The notes under the pieces are model-generated. The model was not told the DNA's origin and searched no databases. It saw only the letters and a program-made list of their open reading frames with translations. Shown piece by piece: positions 9,791-19,249 of a stretch of DNA of 40,393 nt; position 1 is the stretch's first letter; each line of letters begins with the position of its first letter. The translations under genes and the position numbers were made by a program. Origin of the DNA: a virus; IMG/VR virus record IMGVR_UViG_3300023223_000157, positions 1-40,393 of that record; one strand, given 5' to 3'.

Positions 9791-10151
9791 ACTAAAAGGC
9801 TTAAACGATGGGGATAAATGCCCCAGCCTGTTCGATGACATCTATAACGATCCCAGAGTAACATCCAACCTCTTAAAAACGCTCTACGGGCTTGTAGGAG
9901 AGGGCTACACCTTCAATCTAAAGGCAAAAGTAGGCGACTTGGTGTTCTATAAAATGATGCGTAGAGGTATGCCCACGGGATACGGCTACCATGGCATTGT
10001 TACCAAGGCAGGGAAAAAGGATTTCAGCTTTGTTCGGCTAGTACATGACAACGTACAGAACGTGGAAGGCGCGATATACAATTTCGGAGCCATGAACGGG
10101 TCTACACTCGAGGGCTTTATCAGCTTAGAAACACCAAAAGCTAAGGACTAA
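9780..10151 (+). CDS. Hypothetical protein (123 aa), possibly a small NlpC/P60-like peptidase.
   Basis: GDLVFY...GYHGIV resembles the NlpC/P60 His motif, with an upstream Cys (DKCPSLF). This is a weak by-eye call. Confidence 0.3.
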   Translation: MKSKLKGLNDGDKCPSLFDDIYNDPRVTSNLLKTLYGLVGEGYTFNLKAKVGDLVFYKMMRRGMPTGYGYHGIVTKAGKKDFSFVRLVHDNVQNVEGAIYNFGAMNGSTLEGFISLETPKAKD

Positions 10152-10157
10152 AACCGT

Positions 10158-12953
10158 ATGGCCACCGAGGTACAGATCATAGCGACCCTAGAGGCGAAGG
10201 ATACCGTCAAGGGCTTAATGGAAATAGAAGATCAATCCATTGAGAGTGCTAAAGGCGTCCAACAGTTAGAGGATCAGTATAAGGATCTCGTTAAACAGAT
10301 CGATAAAGTAGATCCGGGCACCGAGCAGTGGAAGCAACTCAGCGATCAGCTCCAAAAAGTCGACAAAGATCTCCAAACCGCTACGGCTGACCTCGAGGAA
10401 GTGGCCGAGGCTACAGAACTCAGCGAAGATGCCGTTGGGGGCGTTACCGATGCGTATAAGGAGCTACAGGAATCGGTTGCAAGCTCAATGCTCGGGGGGG
10501 ACTTTACCAAGTTCACAGATGAGATAATAAACACAAACGAAGAATTAGATAAAACTGGGGAGGCGCTCGAGCCGTTGACCTCAGAAGATGCCCAAAAAGA
10601 CATTGGTCGACTTGCCGAAGGGATCTCTGGAGTGGCCGCTAGTGCTGTACTCATTGGTGACGAGAACTCCACCCTCGGCAAGTTTTTTGGGGGCATTAAA
10701 ACTGGTGCGGATGCTGTTCGTGGTGCTAAAAAGGATCTAGATAGCTTCGTTAAAGCAAAGACATTAGTAACGGAGGCGGCAGCCAAGGCCACTTTGTTAC
10801 AAAAGGCAGACACAACGGCAACGGTGGCTAACACCGGGGCAACAGTAGGCCAAACCGTGGCTACCGAGGGCGCTACTGTTGCCCAATTCTCGCTAAACGC
10901 TGCAATGCTGGCAAACCCTGTTGTACTTATTATAGCAGCGGTCGCAGCACTAGCGGCTGGTATCTTCTTTTTAGGTACTGCACTAACAGAGGCCAGCGAG
11001 GAACAGAAGTTAAACAACGAGCTGACCAATGAAGCCATCGATAACAACATTGAGGAGCTTTCAGCACTGGAAAGCCTATCGACAACATTAGAATCTAACA
11101 CAGGAGACCGAGAAGCCCAGAATCAAGCCATTAAGGACTTCCAAAAAGACCATCCAGAACTGTTAAAGGGGCTGAGTGCTGAAGCGGGACTGAATAATAA
11201 TGTCACAATAGCGATTAACTCAGCCACAAAAGCGCTCATAGCCAAAGGTAAAGCTGAAGCAGCCGCCACAAGGGTATCCGATAAGTACGCTGAGATACTA
11301 AAAGAGCAAGCAGCCATACAGGATGAAACCAATAACGGGTTTGTAAATTGGGTTGCCGCTCTAACCATTGGAATTGAGTCTCAAGAATTAGCGAACCTCG
11401 GTTCACAGGCTACTATTATCACACGTCAAAAGGAAATCGACACTCTAAACGAGCTTATCCGGGTAGAAGAAAGACGAGCGGCCATAGCTGAGGCAGTGGC
11501 CAATGCTGGAGACCCAACGGCACAAGCAGACTTATTGGCCAACGAGCTTAGATTAGAGGCTTTAGACGAATTTACCAGACGTACAGAGCTAGAGAATGAG
11601 CGGTTAAATGACCGGTTAATAGCCATTAACACCCAACGAGCTTTGGCGGCTGAAAGTCAGGAATTCGATAGCTTTCAAGAGAGACTAACGTTCCTTAAAC
11701 AGTTCGATGACGCGGTGCTAATTGAGACAAGCAACCACAATGACATCATTAACCAGATTGAATCAGACCAAGCGGACAAACAACTGGAGTTAGACAAGAA
11801 AAGCCATAAGGACCGGCTGGAAGAACAGCGGAAATTCAACCAAGACCGCCTAGATGCCTCACGTCAAATAGAAGATTTAGAGATTCGGCTCCTAGATAGT
11901 GACCTGAAACGCTCATTAGAAGCCAACCGGGTGAAGTTTGAGCGCCTAATTGAGGACGTTCGGGTGAATAAGGATCTGGAACTGGAGGAGCGTATCCGAT
12001 TAGAGGAGCTTTTTGACCTTAGACTCATTCAAAGTGAGCGTGAAATAGAAGCCAAGGCCGTTAAAAGGGCCGAGGATCGGGCAACCCGGGAGAAGGATCG
12101 CAGAGACAAAGAAGCTAATCAAGAGGTACAGGACGCATTCGACACGGAGCAACGCATTGATGAGGCGAAAATTGCAGCCAGAGAGGCACGTGGGGATGTT
12201 GTAGGTGAATTTGAGGAGGATAGGCTACTCTCTTTAGAAGATGCTCGCTTTGAGGAGGATCTAGAGAACCTTAGATTTCAATTAGAACAGGGGCAAATAG
12301 TCGAAGCTGAGTTTAACGCACTGGAGGAACAGGCCACAGCGGAACATGAAGCCGCTAAAACTGCCATCGAGAAGGAAGCACTGGAGAAAAGACTAGCCAA
12401 TGAAAAGGCTATACAGGCGGCAAAGGTCGGATTAGCTCAGGATGCGTTCCAGCTCGTTTCAGATATAGCCTCGTTGTTTGCAGGTCAAAGTGAGGCCGCA
12501 GCTAAACGTGCGTTTGAGATAGATAAGGCGGCTAAAATAGCCAGTGCAGTACTGGCCACCATTACAGGGGCACAAAACGCGTTCGCTAGTGCCAGCGCCT
12601 CACCAATTACCATAGGCTTTCCAGCTTATCCATTCTTACAGGCTGCGAGTGCGGCTGCGTTTGGAGCTGTGAACATAGCCAAAATTGCACAAACTCAATT
12701 TGAGGGCGGTGGAGGTGGTGGATCTGTGAGCAGTAGCGCCCCATCCATTCCCGAAACAGGGGCTACCACAGCACAGCCCACAACGAGCTTTGGGGATACT
12801 GGAGGAGCGGACACTCAAGAACCAGGATCTAACCAAACAGGGGGCACAGTGGCCACCCAGCCGATCATTATACAGAATAACATACTGGAATCCGACATAA
12901 CCGATACACAGGCCAACGTTGCCCAGATTGAACAGGCCGCAGAATTTGACTAA
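10158..12953 (+). CDS. Tape-measure-like protein (931 aa).
   Basis: Long Ala/Glu/Lys-rich coiled-coil protein with internal hydrophobic segments (NPVVLIIAAVAALAAGIFFLGTAL; ITIGFPAYPFLQAASAAAFGAVNIAKI) and a Gly run near the C-terminus. This is typical TMP composition. Confidence 0.55.
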   Translation: MATEVQIIATLEAKDTVKGLMEIEDQSIESAKGVQQLEDQYKDLVKQIDKVDPGTEQWKQLSDQLQKVDKDLQTATADLEEVAEATELSEDAVGGVTDAYKELQESVASSMLGGDFTKFTDEIINTNEELDKTGEALEPLTSEDAQKDIGRLAEGISGVAASAVLIGDENSTLGKFFGGIKTGADAVRGAKKDLDSFVKAKTLVTEAAAKATLLQKADTTATVANTGATVGQTVATEGATVAQFSLNAAMLANPVVLIIAAVAALAAGIFFLGTALTEASEEQKLNNELTNEAIDNNIEELSALESLSTTLESNTGDREAQNQAIKDFQKDHPELLKGLSAEAGLNNNVTIAINSATKALIAKGKAEAAATRVSDKYAEILKEQAAIQDETNNGFVNWVAALTIGIESQELANLGSQATIITRQKEIDTLNELIRVEERRAAIAEAVANAGDPTAQADLLANELRLEALDEFTRRTELENERLNDRLIAINTQRALAAESQEFDSFQERLTFLKQFDDAVLIETSNHNDIINQIESDQADKQLELDKKSHKDRLEEQRKFNQDRLDASRQIEDLEIRLLDSDLKRSLEANRVKFERLIEDVRVNKDLELEERIRLEELFDLRLIQSEREIEAKAVKRAEDRATREKDRRDKEANQEVQDAFDTEQRIDEAKIAAREARGDVVGEFEEDRLLSLEDARFEEDLENLRFQLEQGQIVEAEFNALEEQATAEHEAAKTAIEKEALEKRLANEKAIQAAKVGLAQDAFQLVSDIASLFAGQSEAAAKRAFEIDKAAKIASAVLATITGAQNAFASASASPITIGFPAYPFLQAASAAAFGAVNIAKIAQTQFEGGGGGGSVSSSAPSIPETGATTAQPTTSFGDTGGADTQEPGSNQTGGTVATQPIIIQNNILESDITDTQANVAQIEQAAEFD

Positions 12954-12965
12954 AACCCAGAAACC

Positions 12966-13634
12966 ATGAAAACGCACCTAGGACTACCTTTAGTAAACGC
13001 AGTATTTGACCCAGAACAGGATGAATCCGGCATGGGAAAAATCTCGCTAGTCAATGCCCCGGCTAATAAACAGGTGGCGCTCAAGTTCTCAGCCCAGCCA
13101 ATCATTAAAAAGCTCATGTTTAGTGAAGATCGGAGACTGGTTACGGCCGTTGTGATGCTTCCTGACTTTCCAATGTTCCGGGATATGGAGGGACAACAGT
13201 TTTATATCCAATTCCCAAAGGAGACCATCGAGCAAATGCGCGATAAGTACCACGAAGATCTCAACCTACACGAAGTGAACACGGAACACGGTATCGATGT
13301 TGACGGGGTGAAGATGGTAGAGAGCTGGATCGTAGATGCAAGCCGGAAAATATCAGCTCCGGGAGATATGGACGTGCCCGATGGGACGTGGATCGTAACC
13401 TTCAGAGTACATAATGATAAAGTTTGGGAATCCGTTAAGGACGGTACGTTTCAGGGCGTTTCACTGGAGGGAATCTTCGGTTTAGTCCATGCTTTCAGCC
13501 AACAAAATGATACCGTGGACACTCTACCGCCATTTCTAAAAACAATCTTGGACCCGCAAGCTACATTCATTGATAAAGTGAATGCGCTGAACAGCTTGAA
13601 AAGTCAAGATGTGCAAAAGCGAGAAAGTATTTAG
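12966..13634 (+). CDS. XkdF-like putative prohead serine protease.
   Basis: N-terminal pattern DESGMGKISLVNAPANKQVALKF and overall size are reminiscent of the PBSX XkdF family. It sits directly upstream of the head genes. Confidence 0.45.
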   Translation: MKTHLGLPLVNAVFDPEQDESGMGKISLVNAPANKQVALKFSAQPIIKKLMFSEDRRLVTAVVMLPDFPMFRDMEGQQFYIQFPKETIEQMRDKYHEDLNLHEVNTEHGIDVDGVKMVESWIVDASRKISAPGDMDVPDGTWIVTFRVHNDKVWESVKDGTFQGVSLEGIFGLVHAFSQQNDTVDTLPPFLKTILDPQATFIDKVNALNSLKSQDVQKRESI

Positions 13635-14787
13635 TGAGTCAGAAAAGAAAGCTCTACTCCTAACACTAGCCCGAACAGGTCACACCAAACCTAAACACTG
13701 GAAACTGATCCATAAAGAGATCTGTAAAGAGGATGAATTAGAATTTAACACTAAATCCCTCCTAAAGAAGCTCTCGAGGAAATTCCAGTTCGTTGTGGAT
13801 GTGGTGTCTAACCCGAATCAGACTAGCCGATTAGACAGAGGAGTACTCAAAGTAAGATACCGCTATGTCCTGCACCCGCGCATCGTTGGCCTGCCGGTTT
13901 TAATACCGACTAGCAGGGAGTTTTGTGTGGTTCTCATTAACCAGAACAAGATATACCGCCTCGAAGACATCGACCAGATGAGCTTTAGAGGAAGCAACCC
14001 GGATTTCAACGCGCCTAATTACTCAATATTCCGCTACAAGGGATCTTTTGGATGTAGGCATGCGTGGCAAAGGGAGGTGTATCTGATCGAAAGGGACAAT
14101 GAGAATGTCGAAAACAACCAGATAGTCGAAAGAAGAATCCTACGGGGCAACACCCGGGAATTTTCCCAAACCAAAAGAAAAAACAACTCAACCATGAGTA
14201 ATAAAAAAACACTGGCAATGAAGTTTAAAGACCTCATTACCGGGAACAAAGAGAAGCTTTCGCAAGCCGAAAAGGTGGAGCTAACCGAATTGCTAGTCAA
14301 GGCGGATGAACACAACTCTATCGATGTTAAAAGCGGTGAAAGAACCATAAGAATTGAGGGCGAAATGGCTGTAGGGTCAATGGTCGCATGGCTCAACGAA
14401 GATGGCACACTCGATCCTATTGAGGACGGGGAGTACGAAGTTGACGGCCAGATCCTAGTGATCGCTAACAACACCATTTCGGACATCCTAACCAAAGAAG
14501 ATCCGAACGCCGAGGAGGCGTCAGAATTCAACGCAGAGGAGCAATACAACTCCCTCGCGAAGGACATCAAAAGCATTAAAGAAATGTTTGCGGAACTCTC
14601 TGAAACCAACGAAGCCAAATCTAAGGAGACGGCAACGGAGCTAAAGGAACTAATCGAGACTAAGCTGGCCGAGGTGAAAACCGAGATCGATAAGATCCCA
14701 GCACTCGAGAAAACCACAAAACAAAACTTTTCACATGACAAGCCTAAGCCTGTGAACCGCTACGCAATGGAGCGCAGCAAACGATAA
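13609..14787 (+). CDS. Head morphogenesis (MuF / SPP1 gp7-like) N-terminal domain fused to an acidic coiled, scaffold-like C-terminal half.
   Basis: The segment ...PTSREFC...FRGSNPDFNAPNYSIFRYKGSFGCRHAW resembles the MuF C-terminal Cys/His motif. The C-terminal 180 aa are Glu/Lys-rich and coiled. It lies immediately upstream of the capsid gene. Confidence 0.4.
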   Translation: MCKSEKVFSESEKKALLLTLARTGHTKPKHWKLIHKEICKEDELEFNTKSLLKKLSRKFQFVVDVVSNPNQTSRLDRGVLKVRYRYVLHPRIVGLPVLIPTSREFCVVLINQNKIYRLEDIDQMSFRGSNPDFNAPNYSIFRYKGSFGCRHAWQREVYLIERDNENVENNQIVERRILRGNTREFSQTKRKNNSTMSNKKTLAMKFKDLITGNKEKLSQAEKVELTELLVKADEHNSIDVKSGERTIRIEGEMAVGSMVAWLNEDGTLDPIEDGEYEVDGQILVIANNTISDILTKEDPNAEEASEFNAEEQYNSLAKDIKSIKEMFAELSETNEAKSKETATELKELIETKLAEVKTEIDKIPALEKTTKQNFSHDKPKPVNRYAMERSKR

Positions 14788-14815
14788 CCATTAACTAACC
14801 TAAAACCTAAGACAA

Positions 14816-15697
14816 ATGTCATACGATTTAACCGCGTTACCCGACTTCGTAAAGGAGAACGCAAAAAACATAGTAACCGAGGCTATTCTCGGATTTGAAA
14901 GCAAACCATTTGTAACCATTCAACCGGGAATCCTTTCAAGTGAGAACATTTCTAAGCTGGTAACAGACGCAGTGTTTCAAGCTGGAGGCTGTGGATGGTC
15001 ACCGAACGGACTTACGACTCTTACCCAGCGTAACCTAGCGGTAACTACCTACAAGGTGCAAGAGGCTCACTGTAGCGAAATCTTTAACAGAACCTTCTTA
15101 CAGGTTTTGGCGAACGCTGGAGCAATGAGCGAGGACATTCCATTAGAGAGAATCTACGTGGATAGAAAGATCCTCGAAATCAACAACACACTGGAGAGTA
15201 AGATCTGGAACGAGACAGCCTTAACGGGTGACTTTGACGGGTTCCTGTCCATCTTCGATTTGGATACCCCGGGAGGCAACAAGATTGCTCGTACTGGGTC
15301 CATCATTGACGATTTGGATGCACTTATTGCGTTGTTCCCAGATGGTGCTTTAAGCGCCTCGGGTCTGAACTTCTACATGAGCCGAAGTAACTACATGAAG
15401 CTTATGAACGAGGTACGGGATAAGAACTGGTTTCACATTATGACTGGGAATACTCAGGCGATGCGATTCACATTCCCGGGAACGAACATTACTGTACTTG
15501 GAATCTCAGGATTCGGAGCGAGTAATACGATCCTTTTGGCCAACAAAGCCAACCTGTTTATGGGGACGGATTTGGAGAGTGACTTCGACAACTTCAAATA
15601 TGAATTCAAGGACTGGGAGGATGAGCACAGGTTCAACTTCAAGTGCCGAATTGGAACTCAAATCGCTATCCCTGAAGAGGTGGTAGGTGCTGAGTAA
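14816..15697 (+). CDS. Putative major capsid protein (293 aa).
   Basis: It follows the protease and scaffold-like genes and is followed by a strong GC hairpin terminator, as expected for a highly expressed gene. No motif-level proof. Confidence 0.5.
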   Translation: MSYDLTALPDFVKENAKNIVTEAILGFESKPFVTIQPGILSSENISKLVTDAVFQAGGCGWSPNGLTTLTQRNLAVTTYKVQEAHCSEIFNRTFLQVLANAGAMSEDIPLERIYVDRKILEINNTLESKIWNETALTGDFDGFLSIFDLDTPGGNKIARTGSIIDDLDALIALFPDGALSASGLNFYMSRSNYMKLMNEVRDKNWFHIMTGNTQAMRFTFPGTNITVLGISGFGASNTILLANKANLFMGTDLESDFDNFKYEFKDWEDEHRFNFKCRIGTQIAIPEEVVGAE

Positions 15698-15721
15698 GTC
15701 AACTAAAATCTAACCAGTAAT

Positions 15722-15752
15722 AGCCCCCGATTTACCCCCGGGGGCTTTACAA
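15722..15752 (+). terminator. Rho-independent terminator after the capsid gene.
   Basis: AGCCCCCG / CGGGGGCT 8-bp GC stem (15722-15746) followed by TTT. Confidence 0.65.
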
Positions 15753-15765
15753 AAACCTTATTAAA

Positions 15766-16353
15766 ATGGGATGTACTTTAACAGGATATTCATTGGCTGG
15801 AGTTTGCCCTCCGGGAGTTGGCGGTGTTCGCGCACTGTTCATGGATCTCCACAATAAAAATGCAGTTTATGACGCTGAGACCCTCGAGGTAAACAACAAC
15901 GTTATTTCCGCATTCGCTAACCTTGAGATTGACGGTGTTACCGCTTTCACATTGGCACTTAAAACAATCGAACAGGATATTGAAATCGCTTCATCTTCTG
16001 AGAGCGTGGTAATTGATAGAGCAAATGGAACTCGGTTTTTCGAGCAATCCGTTTCTATGACAATCCACTACTCCAGCGATCAAGTGCGTAACGATGAACT
16101 GATTGAGTTCGTGGATGCTATTACCGGACAGAACGTACTTTTAATCGTAGAGGACAACGCACTACAAAAGCGTTTCTACGGGCTTAAAAACGGTCTGAAG
16201 GTAACCGAGTCAACCGGTGGATCTGGTCAGGCTTTCGGAGATCTAAACGGAATCACTCTAACCTTCACAGGTAAAGAGCCAAACCAAGCGCCACTCGTGG
16301 TATTTGGAGCAACTCCAGTGGATGCTGTGAACAACACAGGCTATACCGCATAA
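15766..16353 (+). CDS. Virion structural protein (195 aa), possibly a major tail/tube or decoration protein.
   Basis: Position between the capsid and portal genes. Function is not recognisable by eye. Confidence 0.3.
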   Translation: MGCTLTGYSLAGVCPPGVGGVRALFMDLHNKNAVYDAETLEVNNNVISAFANLEIDGVTAFTLALKTIEQDIEIASSSESVVIDRANGTRFFEQSVSMTIHYSSDQVRNDELIEFVDAITGQNVLLIVEDNALQKRFYGLKNGLKVTESTGGSGQAFGDLNGITLTFTGKEPNQAPLVVFGATPVDAVNNTGYTA

Positions 16354-16354
16354 C

Positions 16355-16747
16355 GTGGTTAACATATCACTAGGAATAAATCAGGTATTTGTCACTCTGT
16401 CCGAAAGGGTAGAGCTGGCGAGTCCTGTTTTTTTGGTTAGGATCACCTCACAGAGTAATTCTAAGGACTCCAAAATAGCACGACTGATAGACTTGAGCAT
16501 CGATTCCGACCGTGTGAACAGCATGACTCTAACTGTAGTCGACAGTGCTGGGGCTGAGGACCTCGATAACGGCATTATACACCTCACAGACTCCGATTAT
16601 ATCTACGAATTTTTTGAGAGCACTACAGCGGTTTTAAACGTTGACGGGTTGCACCTATTAGAAATGGGATTCATCCGCTACGACACCGATCATATTAGTA
16701 CAGAATATACACCACCGACCACTAACGAAATTACATACAATGGCTAG
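16355..16747 (+). CDS. Hypothetical structural-module protein (130 aa, GTG start).
   Basis: The GTG lies 1 nt after the upstream TAA, and the ORF overlaps the portal ATG by 8 nt. Confidence 0.4.
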   Translation: MVNISLGINQVFVTLSERVELASPVFLVRITSQSNSKDSKIARLIDLSIDSDRVNSMTLTVVDSAGAEDLDNGIIHLTDSDYIYEFFESTTAVLNVDGLHLLEMGFIRYDTDHISTEYTPPTTNEITYNG

Positions 16748-18134
16748 TAAGAAAGCAGTAATAACGACCAAAGAAAACACCAAAAGCGTACCCGTGACCT
16801 CATTTATGGAGGTTGTGGGTATGAAGATGGCCGAGGACGTGCAAGCGCCCAAATTCCCAGAGGACAAACGTATCGGCATCATTCGGTATGGCAAAGACAA
16901 CCTATACCCGGACTTTCTTCTGGATCTATTCATAAACAAATCCAACAAGCATAACAGTATTATAACTCGTAAGGTGGCCATGACCACCGGTAACGGATTT
17001 GAGGAGACAAGTGACTCCAACCTAAACGCGTTCATTGACAACACCCGTGGATCTCACCCACTGGAGGACATGGTACAGCTCTTAGATACTGATTATCGCG
17101 TGTTCAATGCCTTTGCTTTTTTAGTTAGGTGGAACGCGGATAAGACAAGCCCCGCAGCCATCGACTATGTGCCCGTACATAAAGTTCGTAAAGGCCTAAT
17201 AGACAATACTTTTTGGGTTAGCGATGACTGGCAGCACTACCGTAAACCAGAATCCAATACCGTTATGTACCGCGCTTTGGATGACGAGCCGGTAGCAGCG
17301 GAGTCTAGCGATGACCAGCGTAGACTAGGACTCGTACAAATGGTGTATTTCGGAGAGCTTACAATCGGTGCAGACTTTTACCCACACGTTCCTTATCAGT
17401 CAGCTATTAATTACATACTCGCGGATTTTGCTATCTCCAGATTTACCATTAACAACATACATAACAATTTCGTTGGAGGTTATCACATCGCATTTAGAGG
17501 AGCCATCCCGGAACCAGACGAGCGCAGGAAGATTAAAGCCGCTTTCAAAAAGGAGTACACCGGTGAGGAAGCCGAAAGTATCGTAATGACTTGGAACGAA
17601 GAGGAAGGCGAAGGGACTAAGATCACAGCGCTACCAACGGCCGGAAACGAAAACGCGTTCTTACAGGTTGAAGATCAAGTAAGACAAAATATTTTCATAG
17701 CCCACGGGGTAACTAACCCTCTACTATTTGGCGTGATGGTCCCGGGATCACTTGGAGGCCGTGACGAGCTACAGGAATCCCTCGAGATCTTCCAGATAAC
17801 CAACATTACACCACACCAAGTAAACTTAGAAAACGCGCTTAACCGTGTTGCTGAGCTGGCCGGGATTTCAAGCCCATTGGTATTAGAAAAGTACACATTC
17901 GTTGATCGAACAGAAACAGCGGACGGAGTACTCGGAGAAGATGCGGAGAACGTTGCCGATACCGCAATGAACGGGGCGCAAGTTGCCGCACTGATACAGA
18001 TTATAGAATCTATCCAAACCGGTGCGCTTTCCCCAGAGTCAGCCATACAGGTTATAATGGTAGCCTTCCCTACGATCAGCATCGAACAGGCCCAGAAGAT
18101 AGTTGGCAACGCAGAACCTACACAAACTATATAA
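16740..18134 (+). CDS. Portal protein (464 aa).
   Basis: Size, an acidic C-terminus, and placement in the head module. This is the only portal-sized ORF. By-eye call. Confidence 0.55.
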   Translation: MASKKAVITTKENTKSVPVTSFMEVVGMKMAEDVQAPKFPEDKRIGIIRYGKDNLYPDFLLDLFINKSNKHNSIITRKVAMTTGNGFEETSDSNLNAFIDNTRGSHPLEDMVQLLDTDYRVFNAFAFLVRWNADKTSPAAIDYVPVHKVRKGLIDNTFWVSDDWQHYRKPESNTVMYRALDDEPVAAESSDDQRRLGLVQMVYFGELTIGADFYPHVPYQSAINYILADFAISRFTINNIHNNFVGGYHIAFRGAIPEPDERRKIKAAFKKEYTGEEAESIVMTWNEEEGEGTKITALPTAGNENAFLQVEDQVRQNIFIAHGVTNPLLFGVMVPGSLGGRDELQESLEIFQITNITPHQVNLENALNRVAELAGISSPLVLEKYTFVDRTETADGVLGEDAENVADTAMNGAQVAALIQIIESIQTGALSPESAIQVIMVAFPTISIEQAQKIVGNAEPTQTI

Positions 18135-18135
18135 C

Positions 18136-18699
18136 ATGGCAGACATCGTACACTTACACAAGGTCGAAGACTTCAAAGACCAGTTCCCGCTCAACGTAGA
18201 TGTGGACGCTAAGATCCTAAAGAACGTTCTACAGATCGCACAGGAAATCAAGATCCAAGGGTTTTTAGGAACTGCCTTGTATAAAAAGGTACTCGCGCTG
18301 GTCCTATCCGGTGAGATCTCAGACCTTGGAAACGAGGTTTATAAGGAACTACTAGATGACCACATAATTAAGACTCTCGGATACTTCGGATATGTCGAGG
18401 CACTACTCCATATCTCACGTGAATTCACGGACAAAGGCGCTCAGACCAAAAAAGGAGAATGGAGTGATCCTGTGGACACCGCAGAGTTGAAGTTTCTAAG
18501 ACAGGAAGCCTTAAACAAAGCGGAGTTTATGAGCACCCTAATGGTAGACTTCCTATGCACCAACCAAAACGATTTGCCGGAATACATAGACCCTGACAAG
18601 GAGGGAATTACACCCAACAAGGAAGCCTATTTCAGCGGAATGGAATTGGATCATTTAGCCCACCATAGACACCGCAGAGATGAGGATGATTGTTGTTAA
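18136..18699 (+). CDS. Hypothetical head-tail connector-like protein (187 aa from the ATG at 18136).
   Basis: The ATG lies 1 nt after the portal stop. The track's TTG start at 18103 would overlap the portal gene. Function is inferred from position only. Confidence 0.35.
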   Translation: MADIVHLHKVEDFKDQFPLNVDVDAKILKNVLQIAQEIKIQGFLGTALYKKVLALVLSGEISDLGNEVYKELLDDHIIKTLGYFGYVEALLHISREFTDKGAQTKKGEWSDPVDTAELKFLRQEALNKAEFMSTLMVDFLCTNQNDLPEYIDPDKEGITPNKEAYFSGMELDHLAHHRHRRDEDDCC

Positions 18700-18709
18700 A
18701 ATTTAGACC

Positions 18710-19249
18710 ATGAAATACGGATTAGTGGCCAGCATGATAGCGAAACAGGCCAGACAGTACATAGGCTATCGGGAGAAGCCGGGCAACCGGGGATTTTTAA
18801 GAGCAGCATTTCAGGAAGCGATGTATGCGGTCGGCTGGAGAGATACCCATCCGTGGTGTGTTTACTTCTGTGAACTGGTCTGGACTGAGTTCTATACTAA
18901 GAACGATGACCGCAAACTACCAGACATTAAACGCCTATTCACCGGTGGAGCTGTACGCACATGGAAACGGTTTGTAAAAGATCCTAATTGGACGACCAGT
19001 TACGAGCCGGTTGTGGGTGGTGTTCTCATCTTCCAAACCTACAAGAATGGAAAGCCACAGACTACCGGACATGCTGCCATAAGCACCTCCAGCTCCAGCG
19101 AGAACCTCAAGTCAATCGATGGCAACACAAACGACAAGGGAGGCCGCGAGGGTTACATAGTAGCGGTGAAATACCGGCCACACAATCAAGGCAAACAAAA
19201 TGGACTTATTTACCTAGGGTGTATTCACCCGCAACACATAAAACAATGA
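18710..19249 (+). CDS. CHAP-domain peptidoglycan hydrolase (endolysin).
   Basis: Catalytic Cys context THPWCVYFCELVW and His context GHAAIS, preceded by GGVLIFQ. This is the classic CHAP layout. Confidence 0.75.
   Translation: MKYGLVASMIAKQARQYIGYREKPGNRGFLRAAFQEAMYAVGWRDTHPWCVYFCELVWTEFYTKNDDRKLPDIKRLFTGGAVRTWKRFVKDPNWTTSYEPVVGGVLIFQTYKNGKPQTTGHAAISTSSSSENLKSIDGNTNDKGGREGYIVAVKYRPHNQGKQNGLIYLGCIHPQHIKQ

Noticed and set aside
10346-11101. Long minus-strand ORFs from the track: 10346-11101, 14034-14741, 3323-3790, 17675-18109, 25867-26277, 26216-26584, 16658-17044 and other shorter ones.
   Set aside because: All lie entirely inside strong + strand genes (TMP, scaffold-like, DnaB and so on). 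They have low-complexity Ser/Ala/Leu-rich translations typical of antisense shadows, and no terminator or promoter context. Every credible gene is on the + strand.
18988-19245. N-terminal 86-aa extension of the track ORF 18988-19749.
   Set aside because: It overlaps the CHAP endolysin in another frame. The internal ATG at 19246 gives a textbook lipoprotein signal peptide and an ATGA coupling with the endolysin stop.
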